NCBI GenBank assembly: GCA_965223545.1 | Contig: OZ245006.1 | Coordinates: 4,768,001 to 4,832,000 of the forward strand | DNA length: 64,000 nucleotides | From: Planctomycetota bacterium | GTDB taxonomy: Bacteria > Planctomycetota > UBA1135 > UBA2386 | Direction of reading: 5' to 3' | Part shown: in pieces, positions 29,369-40,086 of the stretch | Layout: each line of letters begins with the position of its first letter | Numbering within the stretch: the first letter of the stretch is position 1 | Notes under the pieces: model-generated | What the model was told of the DNA's origin: nothing | Seen by the model: only the letters and a program-made list of their open reading frames with translations | Databases searched by the model: none | Translations under genes and position numbers: made by a program

Positions 29369-30307
29369 CTATCTCTCGAAGCCGGCCCCGACCAAGCGCA
29401 CTTCGCGCAATCTGACGCCGGGGTAGCGGGACACGGTCACTGGAATCGGTCCAGGGTCGGAGCCGTCGGGAAACACCGCGGTCAGATCGAAGGGCGCGCT
29501 GCCCGGCAACGTGTCGGCGATGCGCACGAAGACCTGATCCCGGCGCACTTCGATCGCCACCGTGTCGCGGTGCTCGGCTGCGGCCAGCTCGGCGCGGCCG
29601 ACGTCGACGTGGGCCAAGAATCGCGTGGCCCCTTCGTTGCGGAGTGGTCCGGCCTGCAAGTTCCAGTGGATGCCGTTGACGTTCAGTGTTTCCGGCACCG
29701 AGGTGCTGAGTTCCGGCACGATCTCGAGTCCGCCGGTGGTGACGCGCAGAGTGAGCGTGTCGTCGATCGCGCCCCGGATCCGCAGAGCGTCGGGGATCCG
29801 CGGGGCGTCGTCCGCAAGGAGCGCACCACGGGCTGGCGGTGCGGCGTCGCCATCCGGCGCGGCCGCTCGTTCTTCGTCGCTGGGGGTGTACAGCGCCAGG
29901 GAGAAGTTGTCGGATCCGGCGGCCGGGTCGGCCAGTTGGAGCACGATCCGGCGCCCCGAGCGCGCGACCGTGACCAAGCCCCGCGCCTGGTACCACAAGC
30001 GCACGGGGCCGTCGAGCAGGCGCCGGGCGTCGATGCCCGCTGCGCGCAGAGACATTGAGGGAGACCGCTGCGGGTCCCAAGAGAGGCCGTTGATCGAGAC
30101 GGACTCCGCTGGCTTCCAGTGTCGGTGTTGCCAATGCACACCGCGCTCGTCGAGAACGATCCGGTCGCTGCCGTCGATCCTGGCGATGAGCCGGACGACG
30201 ACTTGCTCCGCGGCGGGTTCGAGCACCAGGGGATGATCCTGCGCTGCGGCGCCATCACCTCCGGCGAGTGCGAGCAGCAACCCTGCGGCGGATGCGAGTT
30301 TCTTCAT
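29369..30307 (-). CDS. Secreted hypothetical protein with internal duplication
   Basis: MKKLASAAGLLLALA signal; two related halves (VSINGLSWDP...LADPAAGSDNFSL and LNVNGIHWNL...IADTLPGSAPFDL). Confidence 0.65.
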   Translation of the reverse strand: MKKLASAAGLLLALAGGDGAAAQDHPLVLEPAAEQVVVRLIARIDGSDRIVLDERGVHWQHRHWKPAESVSINGLSWDPQRSPSMSLRAAGIDARRLLDGPVRLWYQARGLVTVARSGRRIVLQLADPAAGSDNFSLALYTPSDEERAAAPDGDAAPPARGALLADDAPRIPDALRIRGAIDDTLTLRVTTGGLEIVPELSTSVPETLNVNGIHWNLQAGPLRNEGATRFLAHVDVGRAELAAAEHRDTVAIEVRRDQVFVRIADTLPGSAPFDLTAVFPDGSDPGPIPVTVSRYPGVRLREVRLVGAGFER

Positions 30308-30379
30308 CACGGCTTCTGGAAGTCGATGGTAGCGCCAACGCGGTTTGGCGCGGATTGCTCCCAGGATAGGCTGGCGCGC

Positions 30380-31804
30380 GTGCTGCGTGCAGGGCTGTTG
30401 CTGGCCGGGGCCGCGTTGATCCCGCTCGGATGTGCAGGGCTGGCCCCGTTGACGACGTTGGAGCGTCAGCGCCTGGCCGTGTTCGACGCCTACTGGGAAG
30501 CGCTCGACGCGCAGTACCCCCTGTTTGGCCGCCGCGGAGTGGCCTGGGACGAAGTGCGCGGCCAGTACCGCGCCGCGGTGCCGTTCGCCGAGCGTCCGGA
30601 CGACTTCTACCACCTGTTGGCCGGCATGCTCAGCGCAGCCGGGACCGCAACCAACGACCGAGCGCACCGCGACAGTAGCGGAGCCCGCGAATCCAGAGGT
30701 GCCGGACGACCGCGCTGAGCGCAGACGCCAGTGTTGCTTCTCTGCGTCCGGGAGTTGCGGTACGGAACTCGTGACGACAACCGGCCTTCGAAAGAGTTGT
30801 CGCCGCGCGAAGATTCTCGGCCCCGGACGCTCAGCGAGCTTCAAGATCTGCACGTCTCGCTGCACGTCCCGCGCGAGCGCTGGTCGACCGATGGCACCGA
30901 GCCGACGTCGGTCTTGGAGTGGCCGGAGTTCCGCATGTTGCCGATCGGTGGACGGCCGCACGTGGTCGATTGGCCAAAGGGACAAGAGCCGGAGCTACCA
31001 GAGGGCGTACGGCGCGAGCAGCGCTACCCGGAGATCGTCCGCGTGGCGGGGTTCCCGGTGGTGCTGTCGTTGATCGAAGTGCTGCTCACCGGTCGCGCCG
31101 GGAGTGCGGTCGAGCTCGAGTTGCGTTGGCGCAACGGCGCGATCTCACGCCACGTCGTGCGGCGTCCCGGTCGCTTCCACGGGTTGGAGGTCGCGACGCT
31201 GGCGGAGAACGTCTCGCTCGAAGCGCTCGACCAGCAGTTGGAAGCCGCCGGCGATGCGCCGGGTCTGGTCCTCGACCTGACTCGCAACCAAGGCGGTCAG
31301 CTCGACCTCACGGTTGCTTTGATTCGCCGATTCCTGCGCGACGACGTCGAGGTCGTGTTCGTGCCATCGGAGTCGATGTCGCTCTTCGGTGTGATCCCGG
31401 TGGACGCCTTCGTGCGCCAGACGTGGAGGCCTCGACCGCCGCGGCTGGCAGTGCCGGTCGCAGTGTTGACCAGCCGCCTCACCGGTAGCGGTGCCGAACA
31501 TCTCGCGCGGATGCTGCAGCGGCATGCCGGTGCCGTCGTCGTCGGCGAGCGGACAGCCGGAGCCGAGGCCGGCGTCGCCGAGATCGAGGGTGCCGATGGT
31601 TCCAGGCTGCGCTTCGGTGCGCTGCGCATCCTCGACAGCACCGGCCGCGGTCTGCAGGACGAAGGGGTCGTGCCCGATGTTCCCGTGCGCCTGACCCTGG
31701 ATGACGTCGAGCGGCTCGGGCCGGACGCGGCGGTCGAAGACTGGCGCAGCCGGCTGCTGGCGGCGGCGCAGCGGGCTCTCGAGGCGCGCGCCACGTCCCA
31801 CTAG
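30380..31804 (+). pseudogene. S41-family peptidase lipoprotein interrupted by a 201-bp insertion
   Basis: Lipobox-like PLGC; VAWDEVRGQY, LVLDLTRNQGG, TGSGAE, EGVVPD motifs; in-frame insert with TGA at 30716; start may be 30326. Confidence 0.8.
30628..30836. mobile_element. MITE-like 193-bp insertion with 8-bp target-site duplication
   Basis: GCTCAGCG direct repeats at 30628-30635 and 30829-30836; imperfect terminal IRs CCGGGACCG / CGGCCCCGG; removal restores GMLSELQDLHVSL. Confidence 0.75.
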
Positions 31805-31821
31805 GACCAGGAGCACCGCCC

Positions 31822-34383
31822 TCAGGGCTGCAGATCGACCTGCAGGGCCTGCGACGCACTGATTCCGAGGGGCGGGCAGGGCGGCGGCGTCTGCGGTCCC
31901 GCCCAGAAGAACTGCGCGAACAGCTGGGCGCCGATCAGGCCGGTGCGGTTGGGGAGGGGCAGTCCGACGTGCGCGGCGCCGACGGCATCACTCGTCGGTA
32001 CCAGTGCCACCGACCAGGGCGTCGGATCGACCCAGATCATCGCACCGAGCACCGGCACGCCGGCTGGTCGCCGCCCTCCCGTGATGAGCAGCAGACCGGC
32101 GCGGTTCGGTGGCGCCCGGCCGCAGGTCAGGGCGAAGTTCGCGTTGCCGATGCGCGGCATCGCGGTGACCGAGGCGACCACCGCGCCTTCGCACCCCGCC
32201 GTCGATGCACCGAACGAAACAACTCCGGTGGGCAGCAGGTCCAACTGACTGACGTAGGCGTCCCCGTTGCCGTTGTAGACCGGGCTGAACGAGCCGCTGG
32301 TCGTGGGAAAGTTCGGCGACTGCGTGCTGCCCGCCGCGGTCGCCCTGCCGTGCTCGTCGATCACGAGGGCGGCCGCGTCATCGTTGCCGGCCCAGCCGAG
32401 AAACGTGCTGTACGTCAGCGCGGAGACCGTCGGGTCAAGGCGCGTCACGAACGCGTCCCGCGTCGGCCGGAACTGCCAGAGCAGACTGCCTTCGGTGATC
32501 GGAAAACCGCTGGAGCCGGTGTTGCCGACCACGACCGGCGCGCCGGTCGGATCCAACGCGATCGCGGTGATCTCGTCCATGCCGTTGCCGCCGAGATAGG
32601 TGGCGTACGCGAGCGCGCTGGCCGTGGGAGAGAGTGCCGCCAGAAACGCGTCCGGCTGCCCGCCGCCGCCGAACGACCGGTCGAACGCGCCTTGGGTAGT
32701 CGGAAAGTCGCTGGAGAACGTGGTGCCCCCGACCACGAGCCTGCCGCGGAGGTCTCGAGTCAGCGCGATTGGCCATTCGCCATTCGAGCCGCCCAGGTAG
32801 GTCGAGGCGACCAGTGATGACCCGTCCGCGGAGAGTCGCGCGACGTAGGCGTCCGAGCCGCCGCCCGCCGGCGACGTTTGGTAGGCACCCGGAGTGCTGG
32901 GAAACCCGTCGCCTGCCCTGCCTGCGATGACCGGAGCTCCCTGGTCGTCCAGGACCAGGGCGGCGCCCGAGTCGACGTTCGGGCCGCCCAAGAACGTCGA
33001 GAAGTCGAGGTTGTCGCCCGTCGCGGAGAGCCGCGTCACGAAGGCGTCGGCCGGCGCGTAGCCGCCGTAGCTGAAGCCGCCGTTGTAGGTCCGGTCGTAG
33101 GCACCGGCCGTCGTCGGGAAACCGCTGGAGCCGGTCGATCCCACGATCGTCGCTCGTCCCTGTGCGTCGGCCGCGATGGCGTGGCCCCAGTCGTCCACCC
33201 CTCCTCCCAGCAACGTCGAGTAGCTGAGCGACGACCCGGCCGGCGACAGCAGGGTGACGAACGCGTCGTGGAATCCGTTGTGGGTGGTGTCAAAAGCCCC
33301 TGCCGTGGTTGGAAAGTCCCTTTCGTTGGTGCCCCCCGTGATCAGAGTGCCCGCGGCGGTCGCCGCGAGGTCCAGCACCTGGGAGTTGGTGCCGTTGGTA
33401 CCTCCCAGGTAGGTCGCGAACAGCAAGCGCGAGCCGTCCGACGACAGCTTGGCGACGAACGCGTCCTGCGTGCCCCCGATGACGGTGTCGAACGCTCCGG
33501 TGGTGACCGGGAAGTTCGGCGAGCCGGTGCTGCCGCCGATGGTCCACTGGCCCTGGTCGTCGAGCGCCAGCGCGTGCGCCCTGTCGGCGGAGAAACCGCC
33601 GACGAAGGTGGACCAAACGAGGCCGGGGTCGACGGTGAGCGACCAATCCTCGTTGCGTCCCGGGGCCTCGAACCCGAACCGGCGCGGGCCCAGCAAGACG
33701 TAGCGCACTTCGATGGGAAGCCGTTCGCCCGCCGGTCCGTCCTGCCAGCTGCGCGCGGGCGTCATGCGGATGGGCCCGAGCTCGGTGTCGAGCAGCAGGG
33801 CGCCCCCGGTGTCGAGCCGCAGTCCCGTGACACCGCGGACGTCGATCTGCACCGACGACAAGTCGGCGTGCGGCTCGAGCAACAGGTCGTACTCGAAGTG
33901 GCCGTCGTGCTCGCGCGCGCGGAGGTCGATGCCGTCGTAGATCTGGTCGTAGCGCACCGCCGCGTAGAGCGGCACGTTGCGGTGCCAGCGATCGCGGTCG
34001 TTTCCCAGCAGGTAGTGGTGCACGCCCGGTAGGCGCCGCTCACCGACGAGGTGACCCGGCTCGGCGTGCAAGAAGGTCATCCCGACCGCGACCCCGCGGG
34101 ACCGCGTGGCGTCGTGCACGCACACTCGGAGGCCGTCCTTGCGCAGCGTCACCAACAACCCGCCAAACTCGGCCCGGTAGACCGCGCTTGGCTCCCACTG
34201 ACCTCTGTTGGGCACGAACGCGGTGGGCAGGTCGCGAAGCAGGGCGGTGGCGCGGGAGTCGGTCGATGGGGCTCGCGGCGAACAGCTTGCGTCGCGCGAG
34301 CGGGCCTCGCGGGCCTCATGAGCGACGTGCCCGAGTGTCCAGAGGACGAGCAAGGCCAGTGAGAGCGAAGCCCGAGACGCCAT
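31822..34383 (-). CDS. Secreted SBBP-repeat beta-propeller protein
   Basis: FVPNRGQW, YDQIYDGIDL, VDPGLVWSTFVGG; repeated DFPTTxGAFD...DAFVxxL...YSTFLGG units. Confidence 0.9.
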   Translation of the reverse strand: MASRASLSLALLVLWTLGHVAHEAREARSRDASCSPRAPSTDSRATALLRDLPTAFVPNRGQWEPSAVYRAEFGGLLVTLRKDGLRVCVHDATRSRGVAVGMTFLHAEPGHLVGERRLPGVHHYLLGNDRDRWHRNVPLYAAVRYDQIYDGIDLRAREHDGHFEYDLLLEPHADLSSVQIDVRGVTGLRLDTGGALLLDTELGPIRMTPARSWQDGPAGERLPIEVRYVLLGPRRFGFEAPGRNEDWSLTVDPGLVWSTFVGGFSADRAHALALDDQGQWTIGGSTGSPNFPVTTGAFDTVIGGTQDAFVAKLSSDGSRLLFATYLGGTNGTNSQVLDLAATAAGTLITGGTNERDFPTTAGAFDTTHNGFHDAFVTLLSPAGSSLSYSTLLGGGVDDWGHAIAADAQGRATIVGSTGSSGFPTTAGAYDRTYNGGFSYGGYAPADAFVTRLSATGDNLDFSTFLGGPNVDSGAALVLDDQGAPVIAGRAGDGFPSTPGAYQTSPAGGGSDAYVARLSADGSSLVASTYLGGSNGEWPIALTRDLRGRLVVGGTTFSSDFPTTQGAFDRSFGGGGQPDAFLAALSPTASALAYATYLGGNGMDEITAIALDPTGAPVVVGNTGSSGFPITEGSLLWQFRPTRDAFVTRLDPTVSALTYSTFLGWAGNDDAAALVIDEHGRATAAGSTQSPNFPTTSGSFSPVYNGNGDAYVSQLDLLPTGVVSFGASTAGCEGAVVASVTAMPRIGNANFALTCGRAPPNRAGLLLITGGRRPAGVPVLGAMIWVDPTPWSVALVPTSDAVGAAHVGLPLPNRTGLIGAQLFAQFFWAGPQTPPPCPPLGISASQALQVDLQP

Positions 34384-34563
34384 ATCTTGCCGCGACACTC
34401 GACCCCCGACGCTCCTTCTTGTTGCCATGATGCGTCGCAGTATACCGCCGCGCCGGCAGCTCGACCCGGTGGAACACGGGCGCACCAGCTGCCGTGCGCG
34501 AAGGCCTTCTCGTTGTTCTTCGGGTATCGTGCGCCGCCCAAAGAACCGTTTCCCGTTCCTTCG

Positions 34564-35331
34564 ATGATGCGCCGAGTCCCCTCCCTTGTCTTCGCGGTTT
34601 CCGCGTCCGCACTGTCCCTACTCTGGGCCACCGCGCAGGACGGCGATGGCCCGCCCCGCGCGTTCATCGATGGCGTCGGCTGGCAGGCGCTGTCGTTGGC
34701 CGACTTCGTCAACGTCAATGGCGAGGCGGACACGTGGACCGAACGGGATGGGATGATCGTGTGCTCGGGCAAGCCGCTCGGCGGGGCGCGCAGCAAGAAG
34801 GTCTACCGCAACTTCGAGCTCGTGCTCGAGTGGAAGCACCACACGCACGCGGGCAACTCGGGTGTGTTCCTTTGGTGTCCCGAGTCGGCGTTCACCGAGC
34901 TGCCGCCGGGCACTCTGCCGCGCAGTGGCATCGAAGTGCAGGTGCTCGATCTGGGCTACGAAGAGAACTGGCTGAAGAACCGAGGCAATCGCTCGGACTG
35001 GTTCACCAGCCACGGGGACGTGTTTCCGGTCGGCCAATCGTCGATGACCGCGTTCACCCCGCAGATCGAGTACGAAGCGGAGGATGGCACGCGCTACACG
35101 GTCGGCAAGCCGGACAGTGCGCGCAGCTTCCCGGTGCGGCGGCTCACGCGGCCCGCCGGCGAGTGGAACCACTACTACATCCGCGCGATCAACGGCGAGG
35201 TCCGGCTGTGGGTCAACGGCGAGGAGGTCAACGGCGGCACTGGCTGCGCGCCCGCCGAGGGCTATCTGGCGCTGGAGGCCGAAGGCGCGCGCGTCGACTA
35301 TCGCAATCTGCGCATTCGCGAGCTGCCGTGA
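34564..35331 (+). CDS. DUF1080 / 3-keto-disaccharide hydrolase-like secreted protein
   Basis: Signal peptide; YRNFELVLEWK, GNSGVF, GIEVQVLD, GEWNHY, YRNLRIREL. Confidence 0.88.
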   Translation: MMRRVPSLVFAVSASALSLLWATAQDGDGPPRAFIDGVGWQALSLADFVNVNGEADTWTERDGMIVCSGKPLGGARSKKVYRNFELVLEWKHHTHAGNSGVFLWCPESAFTELPPGTLPRSGIEVQVLDLGYEENWLKNRGNRSDWFTSHGDVFPVGQSSMTAFTPQIEYEAEDGTRYTVGKPDSARSFPVRRLTRPAGEWNHYYIRAINGEVRLWVNGEEVNGGTGCAPAEGYLALEAEGARVDYRNLRIRELP

Positions 35332-36074
35332 GGCTGATCGCGCTGGGTGCCAGCAACCTGACGCGGATCACACCGATTCTGCTGCGCACGGCGCGCCGGC
35401 GCGGGCCGGTGCATGCCGTCGCCGCGCTCGGCTTCGGTCGTTCGTTCGGCATCCGCAGCCGCATGCTCTGGCGCGGACTGCCGGGTATCGAGCATTGTGG
35501 CCTCTGGCCGGCGCTCGACGCGCTGCCACCGGCGCCGGAATCGGCGCTGGTCATGGATGTCGGCAACGACGTGCTGTACGGCGCCGAGGTCGCACGGATC
35601 GTCGACTGGGTCGAGGCCGCCGTGTCGCGACTGACGGCGCGGGGCGCGCAGGTCACCGTCGCGGGTATGCCGGTGTTCGCCGGGGTCGAGGTGGGGCGGT
35701 GGCAGTTCGCGCTGTTGCGTCGGTTGCTGGTGCCGAGCTGCAAACTGCCGCGAGAGGTCGTCGTCGAGCGTGCTCGCCACCTGCAGGAGGCGCTGGAGGC
35801 ATTGGCAAGCCACCATCGCGCGCGGTTCGTACCGATGCGCCCGCAGTGGTACGGATTCGATCCAATGCACGTGCGCCGCCGCGCGTGGCCCGAGCTGTGC
35901 GCCGCGCTGCTGGCGGCCGGCCCCGATGGTTCCGGGGCCGTGCGGGCACCGTGGCGCGATCGCTTTCGAGTGGCGTCCGCTCGGCCGGCGGAGCGTTGGT
36001 GGTTCGGGGTGCGACGGTGTGCGGACCAGCCGGCGGTGTGCTGGGAGGACGGCAGCTCTTTGTCGCTGTACTGA
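35328..36074 (+). CDS. SGNH/GDSL-like hydrolase
   Basis: GTGA overlap; IALGASN (block I), DVGNDV (block III), FDPMH (DxxH). Confidence 0.7.
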   Translation: MRLIALGASNLTRITPILLRTARRRGPVHAVAALGFGRSFGIRSRMLWRGLPGIEHCGLWPALDALPPAPESALVMDVGNDVLYGAEVARIVDWVEAAVSRLTARGAQVTVAGMPVFAGVEVGRWQFALLRRLLVPSCKLPREVVVERARHLQEALEALASHHRARFVPMRPQWYGFDPMHVRRRAWPELCAALLAAGPDGSGAVRAPWRDRFRVASARPAERWWFGVRRCADQPAVCWEDGSSLSLY

Positions 36075-36084
36075 CCGATGAGGG

Positions 36085-37614
36085 TCAGCGGGTCGAGAGC
36101 TCCCGCAGGCGGGCACCGATCCGGGTGACGATGATCGCGATCAACGCCGGGGTGCCGAGCACCGCGCATAAGAGCAGGATCCCGGCCAATCCGGGGCCGA
36201 GCACGCCGGCGAGCAAACTGACGAGCACCGCGCCGCCGATCAGCGCGATGGGGAAGGCGCCGCTCGGCACGAACAGAGACACATACAGAGTGACGTGCAC
36301 GACGACGACCGTCGCCAGCAACCACCCGATCGCGGCGAACGTGAAGGTCGCCAGCATGATCGGGCCGTCGTTTATCGCTGCGCCCTGAGCGATCAAGGTG
36401 GCCAGCACCGCGAGGACGAAGGGCACCCAGAGCACGGCGAGGCAGCCCGCCACTTTTTCTGCGGCCCATCCGCCGACCGACGCCGGCAGCAACGCCAGGC
36501 CGAACAGCGTGCGGTCATTGATCTCTTGGCGGTACACCCGGCTGGCGATCATGCCGGCGTCGAAGAACGCACCGGTGAAGGCAACCAGCACGACTGTCAT
36601 GCCCCAGTAGGAGGTGAAGCCCTCGCTGCTGAGGCCGGGCTCCCACAACAGGCCGCCCACCACGGCGGTCGCGATCGCGTACAGGGCGATGCGCAGCCCG
36701 ATGCCACGCCAACCGCCGGCGATGAACTGGAAGTCGCGGCTGGCCACCGCGCGGATGCGCAACGCCGGGCAACGCCAACGGCGGCGGTGCGACTTTGCGC
36801 GCGCCGCGCGCTCGGTCTCGGTCGGCATCAGCGCGAACACCAGCGTGGCGGCAATGGCGAGCGCGACACCGCCGAGCAGATGCACCGTCATCATCCGTTC
36901 GGGCCAGCCACCGGCGTAGCCGGTGCGGACCACGGTGGCGATCGTGTCGAGGATCGAGACGTCCCGCAGGCCACGTTCGATCGCCGCGAGCAGCATCGGC
37001 AGCGGGGTATCGGCGGCGAGGCCGGCGAGCTCGGTGGTCAGCCGGCCGGCCTGCTCGACCAGGACGGGCAGTAGGAGCAGACAGCAGATCGACCACCCCG
37101 TGGCGCGGGCGGCGGCGTGTGTCGTCATGCAGAGTGCAGAAGACAAGAGCCCGATGCCGAAGCAGAGCACCAAGAAGGCCAACAATGCCCCGAAGGTCGC
37201 GAGCACCTGGTCACCGGCGATGCCGCCCAGCGTGACGGCCAGCACGGCGAAGGGGAGCTGCACGATCAGCGCCAGCACGCTGCGCAGCAGGACTCCCAGT
37301 GAGTTGCCGAGCACGGTCGGCAGCGGCCCGACTCCGGCCAGCCGCAAGAGCGGCAGCGAGCCCGACTCCTTCTCGTTGGTGAGCACCGCGGCGAATGCGC
37401 CGATCGCGATCAGGACGATGGTCACGACGTTGAGGTACGCCAGCGTCCAGAACAGGGTGCGCCCCGGGGCGCCGAACCACATCTGCGTGGCGCGCGCGAT
37501 GACCACCTGCAGGATGATGACCAGTACGACGCAACAGCGCAGGCCGTAGGTCGAGCCGCTGCGCGCGTCCTCGCGCATCGACCGTGTCAGCATGATCAGC
37601 GTCGGCCGGATCAT
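36085..37614 (-). CDS. ABC-2-type exporter permease
   Basis: EKESGSLPLLRL motif; many TM helices; ATGA overlap. Confidence 0.8.
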   Translation of the reverse strand: MIRPTLIMLTRSMREDARSGSTYGLRCCVVLVIILQVVIARATQMWFGAPGRTLFWTLAYLNVVTIVLIAIGAFAAVLTNEKESGSLPLLRLAGVGPLPTVLGNSLGVLLRSVLALIVQLPFAVLAVTLGGIAGDQVLATFGALLAFLVLCFGIGLLSSALCMTTHAAARATGWSICCLLLLPVLVEQAGRLTTELAGLAADTPLPMLLAAIERGLRDVSILDTIATVVRTGYAGGWPERMMTVHLLGGVALAIAATLVFALMPTETERAARAKSHRRRWRCPALRIRAVASRDFQFIAGGWRGIGLRIALYAIATAVVGGLLWEPGLSSEGFTSYWGMTVVLVAFTGAFFDAGMIASRVYRQEINDRTLFGLALLPASVGGWAAEKVAGCLAVLWVPFVLAVLATLIAQGAAINDGPIMLATFTFAAIGWLLATVVVVHVTLYVSLFVPSGAFPIALIGGAVLVSLLAGVLGPGLAGILLLCAVLGTPALIAIIVTRIGARLRELSTR

Positions 37615-39107
37615 TCGCCGATCAAAGTGCGCAGCCGAGCGGTGGTCGCACCGAAGACAGCGAACGCGCAGAACAACATTCCGCAGGCCAGCAACGCGAA
37701 CATACCACCCGCGCTCCCCATCCCCGGGCCGGAGAACAGGCACGAGGTCAGCAGGCCGTTGAGCAGGAACACGCCGAGGACCGCGGCAGCGAACGCTCCG
37801 CGGCGCAAGCGCAGCGACAGGTATGTCGCCGTCACGGCACCGAGACAGACCGCGGACAAGAACCACGCCAGGCCGACGTACGCCTCGGCGTCGGTGGGGA
37901 TGCCGTGCTCGCTGACGATGCCCAGCGTGGAGAGGAGCACCAGCGCGGTGGCGGGGAGAAGCAGTGTTGCCGCGGCGCGCACCTTGACCCACCACGCGGA
38001 TTCGACGGAGTACGGCAACATGCCGAGGCACGGCAGGGTCCCGTGCTGCCACTCGGCGCCGAACATGCGGCTGGCCAGCGTGCCGCACTCGATGACCCAG
38101 ATCCAAATGACCACACCCAGCCGGCGCTCGTTCAGATACGAGGGGCCGAGGAACAGCTCGGCAAACGAGAACAACGCGGCGTAGCCGATCGCACGGCCCA
38201 GCAACCCCATTCGACCGCCGAGCAAGCGGTAGTCCTTCCAATACAGCGCTCCGCGGCCGGCGCCGGGGCGCGAGCGCCGGGTGGCGTTGGCGGCCGCGGT
38301 AGAGCCGAAGCCGAGTCCGCGCTGTGGCGGTGCCTCATCGCTCAACGGGGCGAACCGCAGTAGTGCCCAAGCGAACAGAAAGAAGCCGGCGCCAACGCCG
38401 ACGTTGAACACGCAGAGATCGCGGATTCGATCTCCGCCGTGTAGGTCGAAGCCGGTGGCTACCACCTCGACCAGCGCGGTCGGCACCGAGAAGTACGAGA
38501 GAGTCGACTCGAGGGTCAACACGCCGCTCCTCGAGCTCCACCACATCGCGATCCACGGCGCGAACAGCCACGCGAACAGCAGGGTCGATGCCATCGACGC
38601 GGCGGCCCGCGTGCGGCGGCAAAAGCAGGAGCAAAAGATGCCCAAACCCCAGACCAGGATCGCGTAGGAGGACAGCGTGGCGAGGGCGTGGCCGACCTGG
38701 TACACCGACACGCCCCCGAGGGTCACCGACAGCATCGCGAACGGCGCCTGCACCGCGAGTACGAGCAGCACTCCGGTGAGCGACGCGGCGAGCTTGCCGA
38801 CCAGGATGCGGATCGGATCGAAGCCGGCCATGCGCAGCAGGCCCAGCGTGCGGCCTTCGCGCTCCTCGCTGATCAGCCCCGACGCGATGGCGACGCCGAG
38901 CATCGACAGTGCGAAGAAATCCAAGCCGAGGAGCCAGCCGAACACCGTGCGGCCGGGGGCGTCCCACGTGATCCGGTTGAATGCCATCACGCCGATGACC
39001 GTGGCGAGGCCGGCCGGCACAAGCCCGCGTGCGAGGAAGCCGCGTGCGGTGCGCATCTCCACCCGCAGCTCGCGCTCGGCCAGGGTCAGCGCCTGCAGCT
39101 TCAGCAC
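37611..39107 (-). CDS. ABC-2-type exporter permease (paralog of the downstream gene)
   Basis: ISEEREGRTLGLLRM...GKL motif; TM helices. Confidence 0.82.
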   Translation of the reverse strand: MLKLQALTLAERELRVEMRTARGFLARGLVPAGLATVIGVMAFNRITWDAPGRTVFGWLLGLDFFALSMLGVAIASGLISEEREGRTLGLLRMAGFDPIRILVGKLAASLTGVLLVLAVQAPFAMLSVTLGGVSVYQVGHALATLSSYAILVWGLGIFCSCFCRRTRAAASMASTLLFAWLFAPWIAMWWSSRSGVLTLESTLSYFSVPTALVEVVATGFDLHGGDRIRDLCVFNVGVGAGFFLFAWALLRFAPLSDEAPPQRGLGFGSTAAANATRRSRPGAGRGALYWKDYRLLGGRMGLLGRAIGYAALFSFAELFLGPSYLNERRLGVVIWIWVIECGTLASRMFGAEWQHGTLPCLGMLPYSVESAWWVKVRAAATLLLPATALVLLSTLGIVSEHGIPTDAEAYVGLAWFLSAVCLGAVTATYLSLRLRRGAFAAAVLGVFLLNGLLTSCLFSGPGMGSAGGMFALLACGMLFCAFAVFGATTARLRTLIGE

Positions 39108-40086
39108 TACTCCTGCACTCCGGGTTGGGTGAGGTCCATGAACACCTCGTCGAGGCGGCGGCGCGCGGTTTGGAATCCGCTGGGTACGCCGCCGGCGTCC
39201 AACACCGCCGCAGCAGCGCGCGCGGATCCAGGGCTTCGGCCGCGGCCTCCGGCGCGCTCTCGATCAGCAGCGTGGCGCCATCCTCGGTCACCGAGCCGAC
39301 CCCGTCGAGCGCGCGCAACCCGTCCGCGAGCCCGGCGATGGGCGCGGCGAGCTCGACGCGGTAGGACTTGCGCTCGCCGCTCTGCTCGAGCAGTGCGGCC
39401 ATGCTGCCCGAGTAGCGCACCTTGCCGCGGTCGATGATCGTCACCGCGTCGCACAGGTCGGCGAGCTCGCCGAGAATGTGCGAGCTGATCAGCACGGTCT
39501 TTCCCATCGCTGCCAGCTCGCGCAGGATGTCCATCAGCTCGATCCGCGCGCGCGGGTCGAGTCCGCTCGCCGGTTCGTCGAGCAGGAGCAGCTTGGGGTC
39601 GTGCACCAGGACGCGAGCCAGGCTCAGCCGCTGCTCCATCCCGCGCGACAGCGAGCGGATCAGCTCGTCGCGCCGGCCGTGCATGTCGGTCAGCTGCAAG
39701 ACGTCCCGCAGGATCGGATCGCGCTTGTCGCGGCTGAGTCCGTAGGCGGCGGCGAAGAAGTCCAGATACTCGAACACCGTCATCTGCCGGTACACGCCGA
39801 GGTGATCGGGCATGTAGCCGAGGTTGCGCCGCACCTTGAACTTCTTCTTGGTGACGTCGTCGCCGAAGACGGCGACACGCCCCTTCTTCGGCTCGAGTAG
39901 CGTGGCGATGATCTTGAGCGTCGTGGTCTTGCCGGCGCCGTTGGGGCCGACGAAGCCGTGGATCGAGCCGCTGGCGACGTCGAACGAGACGCCGTCGACG
40001 GCGACCCGGTCGCGGAACGAGTAGCTCACGCCGCGGACCACGAGAGCGGGGGAGGCGTCGTCGGCAGCAGGAGTGGTCGTGCTCAT
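39107..40086 (-). CDS. ABC transporter ATP-binding protein; 1-nt frameshift near 39208, probably a sequence error
   Basis: GPNGAGKT, LSRGM, LLLDEP, SSH; natural C-terminus (LDEVFMDLT...VQE*) lies in another frame and ends at 39107. Confidence 0.88.

Noticed and set aside
30716..30718. In-frame TGA in the S41 gene as selenocysteine or programmed readthrough
   Set aside because: The codon lies inside the TSD-flanked insert, not at a conserved Cys position; insertion explains it more simply.
38335..40086. 583-aa ABC ATPase with a long C-terminal extension
   Set aside because: The extension is out-of-frame read-through over the permease gene caused by a 1-nt indel.
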